DNA of 64,000 nt from an uncultured Thermodesulfobacteriota bacterium (GTDB taxonomy: Bacteria; Desulfobacterota; GWC2-55-46; JADFVP01). The notes under the pieces were generated by a model that made no database searches, was not told the DNA's origin, and was given only the letters and a program-made list of their open reading frames with translations. Location of the stretch: positions 1,863-65,862 of the forward strand of contig CAZSAY010000003.1 in NCBI GenBank assembly GCA_964605225.1, in the 5' to 3' direction. How positions within the stretch are numbered: the first letter of the stretch is position 1; each line of letters begins with the position of its first letter. The position numbers were made by a program, and so were the translations under genes. This document shows positions 8,522-15,936 of this stretch, one piece after another.

Positions 8522-9769
8522 ATGCAGGCAGTAATCTTGGCGGCGGGATACGGTAGCAGACTGGAGAGGGTCTCGAATGGGCTCCCAAAGTGCCTTGTGC
8601 CAGTAGGCGGCCGTCCCATTATAGAACATCAGATAGAGGCGTTGAACGACGCCGGCATAGGTCAGGTGCTTGTTGTTGTGGGGTACAAGGCCGAAGAGGT
8701 TCGAAAGGAACTTGGCGCGCGTGTTGAGTATATTGAGAACACCCGTTATGACGAGACGAACAGCATATATTCGCTCTGGCTCGCCCGTGACTGGATAGAT
8801 GGCCCCTTTGTCATGATGAACTGCGATCTGCTCTTTCATCCCCAGATACTGGATCGCCTTTTGTCTCAGGGTGGCAACGGCCTTGCCTTTGATTCTTCCT
8901 CCACCGGTGGGCGTGAGCAGACAAAGGTGGCCGTGCAGGAGGGAAGGGTAGTGGACCTTGGAAAAGATCTACCCTCTGAGTTGTGCCGCGGCGAGAGCAT
9001 CGGCCTTACCTGTTACGACGCCAAAGGGGTGCACAACCTCATGGCGCGCGCCGATGCGCTTATTAAAAACGGCGCGGAGAATTCCTGGAGCATAGAGGCC
9101 ATACGGGGCATATGTTCAACCGTTAAAATGAAGGCATATAACGTAGCCGGCATGCCATGGGTAGAGGTTGATTTTCCAAATGATCTCGTTCGCGCCGAGA
9201 AAGAGGTCTGGCCCGCCATCATGAAGAGCAGATGGAAGAGAACCGTACACTGGAAAAAGACAAAATACCTTGCCATGGCCCTTGTAGCCGCGCTCCTTAT
9301 CTTTTCAGGTTTTGCGTTGGATCACTTTTCCGCCCCCGAGAAGGTTGATTGGACCTCAGAGGCCCCCATAGACGGGCAAAAGACCCTTCTGAAGGCTTCG
9401 AAGGGCTATCAGAAGTGGTGGATATCCACGGCTGGAACGCCCCTCAGGGTCAAGTTTGCGGGGCCGCTTCACGTCAGGGCCTATATGCGCCTTCTTATGC
9501 CTCCGGGAACGGCGAAGCCGGGCAGATATGTCGTGCAGGTTACCCTTGATGGTAAGCCCTACGCGTGGAGCGTCTTCAAGGCAACACCGGACAAGAAGGT
9601 CGCTTATGCAGGGGCCGTGGTGGGAGACCGCGACAGAGTGGATGTTGATGTGCCGGCGGGGTCTCATACGGTGGAGCTCGACCTTGTGGCCGGTGTAAGC
9701 AAGAGGTTTCTCGGGCGTATTCGATATCCTGAACCCGTGACCACGGAGGTGAATAAGAAGGGAGATTGA
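8522..9769 (+). CDS. Sugar/alcohol-phosphate nucleotidyltransferase (LicC/MobA-like NTP_transferase) fused to one TM helix and a C-terminal extracytoplasmic domain
   Basis: The N-terminus MQAVILAAGYGSRL...LPKCLVPVGGRPII carries the nucleotidyltransferase signature. A TM helix (YLAMALVAALLIFSGFAL) sits at about residue 250. It is followed by ~150 aa that are beta-rich and motif-free. Confidence 0.7.
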   Translation: MQAVILAAGYGSRLERVSNGLPKCLVPVGGRPIIEHQIEALNDAGIGQVLVVVGYKAEEVRKELGARVEYIENTRYDETNSIYSLWLARDWIDGPFVMMNCDLLFHPQILDRLLSQGGNGLAFDSSSTGGREQTKVAVQEGRVVDLGKDLPSELCRGESIGLTCYDAKGVHNLMARADALIKNGAENSWSIEAIRGICSTVKMKAYNVAGMPWVEVDFPNDLVRAEKEVWPAIMKSRWKRTVHWKKTKYLAMALVAALLIFSGFALDHFSAPEKVDWTSEAPIDGQKTLLKASKGYQKWWISTAGTPLRVKFAGPLHVRAYMRLLMPPGTAKPGRYVVQVTLDGKPYAWSVFKATPDKKVAYAGAVVGDRDRVDVDVPAGSHTVELDLVAGVSKRFLGRIRYPEPVTTEVNKKGD

Positions 9770-9848
9770 TCCCGCCTTATCCCTTACTCACAATCTTTTC
9801 CACCCCCTGCCTCCGCATACCAGCCCGGCTTCACGGGCACGCCCTTTC

Positions 9849-9876
9849 TTGCAATACTCTTCTTCTGGTGTATAAT
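9849..9876 (+). promoter_or_regulatory. Candidate sigma70-type promoter for the Rieske/Grx/FTR operon
   Basis: TTGCAA (9849-9854), 16-nt spacer, TATAAT (9871-9876), located 52 nt upstream of the 9928 start. Confidence 0.4.
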
Positions 9877-9927
9877 AGAGGTCAAAGTCAGGTCATGGCG
9901 GTTTAGACTTATGAGGAGAAAGGTTCC

Positions 9928-10245
9928 ATGTCTTCAGATCCATGGGTAAATGTGCTTGCCGAGTCGGCCCTGCCCGATTCCAGGCCTTTTGTGACTTTTC
10001 CTCGCGGTGTGCCCGTATTGCTCGTAAAAAAAGATGGTATAATCTACGCCCTCTCAAATAAGTGCGCCCATATGGGTTGCCCCCTTGACGGCGGTACTCT
10101 CAGTGGATTTTTTATACAATGCCCCTGTCATGAATGGAGCTATGATATAAGGACGGGCGCCTTTGTTGACGCAGTGGAGATAACCCTTAAAAAGTACGAA
10201 TTGAAGGTCCGGGATGGCCGTGTATTTATAAGGATTGAGGTGTGA
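9928..10245 (+). CDS. Small soluble Rieske [2Fe-2S] domain protein (Rieske-type ferredoxin)
   Basis: Rieske motif CAH(M)-x17-CPCH is present. The protein is 105 aa with no TM segment. Its stop overlaps the next start. Confidence 0.8.
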   Translation: MSSDPWVNVLAESALPDSRPFVTFPRGVPVLLVKKDGIIYALSNKCAHMGCPLDGGTLSGFFIQCPCHEWSYDIRTGAFVDAVEITLKKYELKVRDGRVFIRIEV

Positions 10246-10520
10246 TGATGAAGAAGATCTTTTTTTATGCCCTTGCCACCTGCCCGGGGTGCAGAAAGAC
10301 CAAAAAATTTTTTATTGAACATAACGTGGATTTTGAATATATGGAGTACGATAACGCCACTGAGGATGAGCAGGCAAGGATACAGAAGGAAATGGACACA
10401 TCGGGTTCTCCGGCCTTTCCATGGGTAAGGATAGGCGAAGATGTTGTCGTGGGCTTTAACCCCGCGAGATACGCGGAGCTACTGGGGATAAGGCTGGAAA
10501 AGAAACCATGGGAGAGGTAA
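10242..10520 (+). CDS. Glutaredoxin/NrdH-like thiol-disulfide oxidoreductase (CPGC active site)
   Basis: An N-terminal beta-strand is followed by CPGC. A cis-Pro region (AFPWVRIGEDVVVGFN) is typical of the Grx fold. The start is GTG 10242 or ATG 10245, overlapping the upstream TGA. Confidence 0.7.
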   Translation: MMMKKIFFYALATCPGCRKTKKFFIEHNVDFEYMEYDNATEDEQARIQKEMDTSGSPAFPWVRIGEDVVVGFNPARYAELLGIRLEKKPWER

Positions 10521-10861
10521 GGGAAAAAGATAATGTCCCGGTGGAGGCCCGCAAAAAGGCCCTGAGGTTTCTCTTCGAGTATGTAGTGGATCTATTAGGT
10601 TATAAGTTCAGCCCCGATGAGGAAACCGTGGATTTTTTGCTTTTGCAGGAGGTCCTGATAGAGACCCGTAAGGGCTCGCCCTTTTGTCCCTGTCAGGGGC
10701 TTACAAAAGACCATGAGCAGAACATGCGCATAGTCTGTCCCTGCATACCATTTCACAGGGCCCATTTCGATCGTATGAGACGGTGCTGGTGCGGGTTATT
10801 CGTCCATAAGGACGTAACGGACCCCGATTCCCTTGATATTATCGCGCCCCATGAGGTGTAG
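10508..10861 (+). CDS. Ferredoxin:thioredoxin reductase catalytic-subunit-like protein (divergent)
   Basis: Three Cys pairs occur as CPC-x14-CPC-x13-CWC (nt 10685-10792). This resembles the FTR beta-chain CPC...CPC...CHC 4Fe-4S/disulfide motif. The gene overlaps the upstream gene by 13 nt. Confidence 0.7.
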   Translation: MGEVREKDNVPVEARKKALRFLFEYVVDLLGYKFSPDEETVDFLLLQEVLIETRKGSPFCPCQGLTKDHEQNMRIVCPCIPFHRAHFDRMRRCWCGLFVHKDVTDPDSLDIIAPHEV

Positions 10862-10872
10862 GGTCATATGAT

Positions 10873-11322
10873 ATGTTTGTAGAGGTAGCGAAAAAAGGCG
10901 ATATAGCCCCGGGCGGCATGAAGGGCTATACTGTGGAAGGCACTGAAATTGTGCTATGTAACGATGCCGGCAAGTACTACGCCGTCTCAAGAAGATGCGG
11001 ACACATGAACGCCCCCCTTGATAAGGGCACTCTCGTGGGTTATATCCTCACCTGCCCCATGCATTACTCGCAGTTCGATGTAAAGAGCGGCAGGGTCCTC
11101 TGCGGTCCCATGCTCCATGATTACACGAGAAGGTATAAGCTGCCCGAGGGCCTCTCGGCCCTTTTCAAGCACATGGGCGGGCTTATGACCGGTATAACAA
11201 AGTGTAAGATAGATACATTCTTTTTCAAGCGCATGGGTGGACTAATGGCCCATATAAAGACGTGTAATCTCAAGACATTCAAGGTAAGGGTCGAGGGTGA
11301 GAGCATACTGGTCGACCTCTAA
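10873..11322 (+). CDS. Rieske [2Fe-2S] domain protein with an internal 20-aa tandem duplication
   Basis: Rieske motif CGH-x17-CPMH is present, and the C-terminal strand FKVRVEGESILV is typical. An inserted, duplicated segment lies before it. Confidence 0.75.
   Translation: MFVEVAKKGDIAPGGMKGYTVEGTEIVLCNDAGKYYAVSRRCGHMNAPLDKGTLVGYILTCPMHYSQFDVKSGRVLCGPMLHDYTRRYKLPEGLSALFKHMGGLMTGITKCKIDTFFFKRMGGLMAHIKTCNLKTFKVRVEGESILVDL
11161..11280 (+). repeat. In-frame 60-bp tandem duplication inside the second Rieske gene
   Basis: Blocks 11161-11220 and 11221-11280 align without gaps: cttttcaagcacatgggcgggcttatgacc... against tttttcaagcgcatgggtggactaatggcc.... They encode FKHMGGLMTGITKCKIDTF / FKRMGGLMAHIKTCNLKTF. 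Confidence 0.85.
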
Positions 11323-11519
11323 TCTCCTTGCTCAGCCATGCCGTCGAGGGTAGGTGGCGGGCCGTGGGATTAGCTCCTTCTATATTTTAGTTCTTTTAGT
11401 CAGTACTCATGAGGACCTCTCCGTTCCTCGCTTCCCCCTGCCCTGCGGCCATGGCGGAGCGAGCACGGGCCTTTTATGGTGTCTGAGTTAAAACTCTCTA
11501 TGAGGAGGCCGCCCAGGGC

Positions 11520-12671
11520 ATGGACATAGTTTATAACGGCACGGAAGACCATACCGTGGGTGTGGAGCTCGAGCTTCAGCTCGTCGACGCAAAGACCCTT
11601 GAGCTTGTGCCCCGGGCCTCGCAGATAATCGAGTCCCTCGACGGGCTCGCGGGTTCCGTAAAGCACGAGCTCATGAGGTCCAACCTCGAGGTTATCTCAA
11701 AAAAATGCTATAGCGTCGCCGAGGCGCAAAGAGACCTATCCTCGAAACTCGCCCCTGTCATAAAGGCCGCGCGCGGCCAGGGCGTGCTTATCGCGGCGGC
11801 AAGCACCCATCCCTTCTCCCGTTGGCAGGCGCAGAGCGTTACACCTGACCCGCGATATAATGAGCTCCTGGATAATCTGCAGATGGTGGCCAGACGGTTT
11901 AATATCTTCGGGCTTCACGTTCATGTGGGGGTCAGCAGTGCTGAAAAGTGCATATATGTAACGAACAGGATACTCTATTACCTGCCCCATCTCCTTGCCT
12001 TATCATCAAACTCGCCTTTCTGGGAAGGAGCGCTTACGGGGCTCCAATCATACAGGATAAAGGTCTTCGAGAACCTTCCCATCGGCGGACTGCCTTTTTA
12101 TTTTCATAATTTTGCCGATTACTCGAAACTCGTAAATACTTACTTGAGGACAGGCACCATAAAGACCATCCGGGAGTTATGGTGGGATGTGCGGCCCCAC
12201 CCTGATTTTGGCACCATAGAGGTGAGGATATGCGACATCCCTTCCACCCTCGGTGAGGCCATGATAATAGCCGCCTTCATTCAGGCGCTGGTAAAGAAGT
12301 TCGGAGAGGATTTTGATAAGGGCGTATGCTTTATAAGACCCCATTCTGCGATAATCAGGGAGAATAAATGGCGTGCCTGCAGGTACGGCCTTGAGGGCGA
12401 GTTTATAGTCGAAGACGGCTCAAAGACCATGGGCGCGCGCGAGGCCCTCCTGGAGCTTCTCGGCTGGTGCGCCGAGGGGGCGGGGAGCCTTGGCGTGGAG
12501 CAGTATCTGGCCGGGCTTGAGTCGACCCTTCGACGCGGGCATACGGGGGCAGTGAGGCAGATAAATATATATGAGGAAAAGGGCGGCCTGAAGGCCCTTA
12601 CAAGAGAGCTGGCTTCTCTACTTGCCGATGAGATTTTGCCGGAGCGAACAGAGGGAGGCAAAGGAGATTGA
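11520..12671 (+). CDS. ybdK: Carboxylate-amine ligase, YbdK / glutamate-cysteine ligase family 2
   Basis: The N-terminal TVGVELELQLVD motif and the overall GCS2 pattern (HVHVGV, WWDVRPH, IEVRICD) are present. Confidence 0.8.
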   Translation: MDIVYNGTEDHTVGVELELQLVDAKTLELVPRASQIIESLDGLAGSVKHELMRSNLEVISKKCYSVAEAQRDLSSKLAPVIKAARGQGVLIAAASTHPFSRWQAQSVTPDPRYNELLDNLQMVARRFNIFGLHVHVGVSSAEKCIYVTNRILYYLPHLLALSSNSPFWEGALTGLQSYRIKVFENLPIGGLPFYFHNFADYSKLVNTYLRTGTIKTIRELWWDVRPHPDFGTIEVRICDIPSTLGEAMIIAAFIQALVKKFGEDFDKGVCFIRPHSAIIRENKWRACRYGLEGEFIVEDGSKTMGAREALLELLGWCAEGAGSLGVEQYLAGLESTLRRGHTGAVRQINIYEEKGGLKALTRELASLLADEILPERTEGGKGD

Positions 12672-14218
12672 GGGGCATAATAGCGGCCGGACACGAGCTT
12701 ACGGCACGGGCCGGGGCGAAAATGTTTGAGCGCGGAGGTAATGCCTTTGACGCGGCCGTGGCCGCTTCATTCGCTTCTTTTGTGACTGAGAGCGCCCTTA
12801 CGAGCGCGGGCGGCGGCGGTTTCATGACCCTTCATACGGCCGCGGGGGATAATCTTGTATATGATTTTTTTATCAGTATGCCCGGTCTCGGCATCTCACC
12901 GGAGAAGGGTAAAGTTGATTTTTTCCCTCTTCAGATAGACTTTGCCGACGCCCTTCAGACGGTATTCATCGGCAGAGCCTCTGCGGCCGTGCCCGGCGTT
13001 ATAGCGGGCCTTGAAGAGGTGCGTAAAAGGCACTGCACCCTGCCCCTTGATGTCCTCCTTGAGCCGGCCATCACCATGGCAGGGGAAGGCATAAGCATCA
13101 ACAGGGCGCAGGGCTACTTTAATACCCTTCTTGAGCCCATGCTACGCTCCTCGGAGGAGTCCCGCGGCGTTTACTTTCCAGGCAAGGCTTCCATAGGCGT
13201 TGGCGAGGTTATTAAACACAAGCTCATGGCCCGCACCTTCGAGTCCCTCGTAAGCGACGGCCTTATGAGTTTTTATACGGGACATATCGCGGAGGCCCTT
13301 TTGAAGGGTTTTGGCCCTGAAGAGGGCGGGCTTATTACGGCCCGGGACCTTGCCGGTTACCGCCCCATTATAAGAAAACCCCTTGAGCTCGGTTTTAGAG
13401 GGAGGACCATATATACAAATCCGCCGCCGTCGTCAGGCGGCGCCCTTATCGCCTTTGCCCTGAGACTTCTTGAAGGGGCCCATATCACCGGTCCGGGACA
13501 TAATAGCGCTCATTACATGAGACGGCTTGCCCGGATCATGGAAGTAACGGACGAGGCCCGGCGCGCCTCCTTCGACCATAGTCTCCATGAAGAAGGCCTT
13601 ATTGACAGGTTCCTCTCTGAAAGGCATATGGAGCCCTTTAGAGAGATCCTTGACAAAACCGCCCGTCCCCCTGGAGACACTACGCAGATAAGCGTTGCCG
13701 ACGGTGAGGGTAACCTCGTATCCCTTACGACCTCCGTGGGCATGGGCTCCGGTTTTATGATACCCGGCACGGGGATAATGATGAATAACATGCTCGGTGA
13801 GCACGACCTTAACCCCCATGGCTTTCATAAAACAGAGGCAGGCGTACGGCTTAGCTCCATGATGAGCCCCACTATCGTTATGAGAGATGGGGCCGGGGAG
13901 ATGGTCCTCGGTAGCGGCGGCTCAAAGAGGATAAGGAGCGCGGTGCTACAGACCATACTTAACGTCATTGATTTTAATATGTCCGTGGATGGGGCCGTGA
14001 ACGCCCCGCGTATACACTTTGAAGATGGGGTCCTTGATGTTGAGGCAGGGGTAGCCCCCGAAGAGATAGAGGCCCTTATTGGCCTGGGGCTGAAGGTAAA
14101 GAGGTGGAAAAAGAAGGATATGTATTTTGGCGGGGTTCATACCATACACTGCGACGGAGCCAAGATGAGGGCCGCCGGCGACAGGCGCCGCGGCGGTGCA
14201 GTAGAGGATTTTTTTTAA
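12668..14218 (+). CDS. ggt: Gamma-glutamyltransferase family protein with no signal peptide
   Basis: The autoprocessing/nucleophile region GDTTQISVADGEGNLVSLTTS and PPPSSGG are present. The N-terminus MRGIIAAGHELTARAG has no signal sequence. The TTG start overlaps the ybdK stop. Confidence 0.85.
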   Translation: MRGIIAAGHELTARAGAKMFERGGNAFDAAVAASFASFVTESALTSAGGGGFMTLHTAAGDNLVYDFFISMPGLGISPEKGKVDFFPLQIDFADALQTVFIGRASAAVPGVIAGLEEVRKRHCTLPLDVLLEPAITMAGEGISINRAQGYFNTLLEPMLRSSEESRGVYFPGKASIGVGEVIKHKLMARTFESLVSDGLMSFYTGHIAEALLKGFGPEEGGLITARDLAGYRPIIRKPLELGFRGRTIYTNPPPSSGGALIAFALRLLEGAHITGPGHNSAHYMRRLARIMEVTDEARRASFDHSLHEEGLIDRFLSERHMEPFREILDKTARPPGDTTQISVADGEGNLVSLTTSVGMGSGFMIPGTGIMMNNMLGEHDLNPHGFHKTEAGVRLSSMMSPTIVMRDGAGEMVLGSGGSKRIRSAVLQTILNVIDFNMSVDGAVNAPRIHFEDGVLDVEAGVAPEEIEALIGLGLKVKRWKKKDMYFGGVHTIHCDGAKMRAAGDRRRGGAVEDFF

Positions 14219-14312
14219 AAGGGCATCGATAAAGTTCCGGGTGAGACGGGGGGGAAGAGGGGGCGGCTCAGAGGCAGGGGATATATTATATTTTATAAGG
14301 AGTTTTGTTCTT

Positions 14313-15557
14313 ATGGCAGATAAGAGTAAAGAAGAGGCCGAGTTATTTGAGTTAATATTCAAGGGGGCCGAGGCGGTGGAAGAAAAGGTCCGGGATGTGA
14401 GGCGGCAGATACACAGCTCTCCCGAGTTATCGGGTGAGGAAAAAAACACCGCCGCCCTTGTTGCCCGCGCCCTTCAAGGCCTTGGTCTTGAGGTTACAAA
14501 AAATGTAGGCGGCCACGGGGTTATTGGAGTTGTAAGGGGCATGGCCGGCAAGGGGCGCACCATAGCTCTCCGGGCGGATATGGACGCCCTGCCGCTTCAG
14601 GATTTAAAAGAAGTGGATTACGCCTCGGGCGTGCCCGGCGTGATGCATGCCTGCGGCCATGATGTCCATACCTCCGTGCTTCTCGGTACGGCTATGGTCC
14701 TTGTCTCCATAAAAGACAGGTTGCGGGGAAATGTAAAACTCATATTCCAGCCATCCGAGGAAAAGAGTGTGACAGGGGCGAAGAAGATGATAGAGGACGG
14801 GGCCCTTAACGAGCCCGTGCCCGAGGCCATTGTAGCGCTCCATTGCTACCCCGAGTTGGAGGCCGGGGTAATAGCCCATAAGCCGGGGATAATGACTGCG
14901 GCGGCCGATAAGTTCAAGGTAGTGGTGCTAGGGAAAAGCGGTCATGCCTCACGTCCACATCAGTGCGTTGACGCCGTGCTCCTTGCCGCCTTGGTTGTAA
15001 ATGCCATGCAACACATTGTGAGCAGACGCACGGACCCGCTTCATCATGCCGTTATCTCCATAGGGACCATACACGGCGGCACGGCCCTTAATATCATAGC
15101 AGACAGGGTGGAGATGGAGGGCACTGTGCGAACCCTGAGTAAGGGCGAGAGGCTAAAGGTGCGCGACCTCGTGGAAGATACGATACGCGGCGTTACCGAG
15201 GGCATGGGCGGCGGTTATGAGCTCGATTATGAGTTCGGCACACCAGCCGTATTGAACGACGCCGGCGTGGACGGGCTGATAAGACGGTGCGGCATGCACG
15301 TTGTAGGGGAAGACAATGTGGTAACCATGCCTGACCCCAAGATGGGGGCCGAGGATTTTGCCTATTTCACAGAGCAGATACCCGGCGCGCTTTTTCGTCT
15401 CGGCACATCCAATAAGGCAAAGGGCATTACGGCAAAACTGCATACGCCGGATTTTGATGTCGATGAAAAGGCCCTTGATGTGGGCGTGAAGACCCTCTCA
15501 TGGATATCGGCATGTTATCTTCTCTCAGGACTCCCCGAGGTGATACCCTGCCCCTGA
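14313..15557 (+). CDS. M20-family amidohydrolase (N-acyl-amino-acid / peptide hydrolase type)
   Basis: Metal-site motif MHACGHDVH is present, with the dimerisation-domain pattern typical of M20D. I prefer the ATG at 14313 with AAGGAG upstream over the track start 14241. Confidence 0.8.
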   Translation: MADKSKEEAELFELIFKGAEAVEEKVRDVRRQIHSSPELSGEEKNTAALVARALQGLGLEVTKNVGGHGVIGVVRGMAGKGRTIALRADMDALPLQDLKEVDYASGVPGVMHACGHDVHTSVLLGTAMVLVSIKDRLRGNVKLIFQPSEEKSVTGAKKMIEDGALNEPVPEAIVALHCYPELEAGVIAHKPGIMTAAADKFKVVVLGKSGHASRPHQCVDAVLLAALVVNAMQHIVSRRTDPLHHAVISIGTIHGGTALNIIADRVEMEGTVRTLSKGERLKVRDLVEDTIRGVTEGMGGGYELDYEFGTPAVLNDAGVDGLIRRCGMHVVGEDNVVTMPDPKMGAEDFAYFTEQIPGALFRLGTSNKAKGITAKLHTPDFDVDEKALDVGVKTLSWISACYLLSGLPEVIPCP

Positions 15558-15633
15558 GCCGCGTCTCAGGCAGGTGGCGCGGTATTATGATATTATGTGG
15601 CCGCTTAATCCGGCCTATTGGTCTCAAACAAAA

Positions 15634-15666
15634 AGGCCCCTCTAAAAGGAGGGGCCTTTTTGTTTT
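15634..15666 (+). terminator. Rho-independent terminator after the M20 hydrolase gene
   Basis: A 9-bp GC-rich stem pairs aggcccctc (15634-15642) with gaggggcct (15649-15657) around a 6-nt loop. It is followed by TTTTTGTTTT, and an A-run lies upstream (possibly bidirectional). Confidence 0.7.
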
Positions 15667-15715
15667 AAGGGGTAGCGTGGGACGCAAAAAGTATATTCAA
15701 TAGTTAAAAGGATAT

Positions 15716-15774
15716 CCCCCTATTGGTTTTCTTTGCCAAGCTTTCTTTTGTTTTGTTTTTTTTAAAAAGAAAGT
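15716..15774 (+). repeat. Copy 2 of the dispersed intergenic repeat (CCTATTGGTTTTCTTTGC box plus hairpin)
   Basis: cctattggttttctttgc is identical over 18 nt to the copy at 60689. The stem pairs ctttctttt (15741-15749) with aaaagaaag (15765-15773). It abuts the 3' end of tRNA-Cys. Confidence 0.7.
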
Positions 15775-15777
15775 AAA

Positions 15778-15853
15778 TGGAGGCGGCGAGCGGATTCGAA
15801 CCGCTGGATGGCAGTTTTGCAGACTGCTCCCTTAGCCACTTGGGTACGCCGCC
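15778..15853 (-). tRNA. tRNA-Cys (anticodon GCA), CCA encoded
   Basis: The reverse complement is GGCGGCGTACCCAAGTGGCTAAGGGAGCAGTCTGCAAAACTGCCATCCAGCGGTTCGAATCCGCTCGCCGCCTCCA. It has a 7-bp acceptor stem, anticodon loop CUGCAAA, TTCGAAT T-loop and discriminator U. Confidence 0.9.
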
Positions 15854-15907
15854 GGAAGATTTGATTGTGGAGTCACGCGGCCCTCTCTATCTTTGAGCCG
15901 AAGGACC

Positions 15908-15936
15908 TTATATCACAGTATGGTGTGAATAGTCAA
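15908..15936 (-). promoter_or_regulatory. Candidate sigma70-type promoter for tRNA-Cys
   Basis: The minus strand reads TTGACT (15936-15931), 17-nt spacer, ATATAA (15913-15908), about 55 nt upstream of the tRNA 5' end. Confidence 0.4.

Noticed and set aside
15716-15740. Sigma-54 (-24/-12) promoter within the repeat box TTGGTTTTCTTTGCC
   Set aside because: The GG and GC dinucleotides are separated by 8 nt, not the ~10 nt required by the TGGCAC-N5-TTGC consensus. The flanking bases also do not match.
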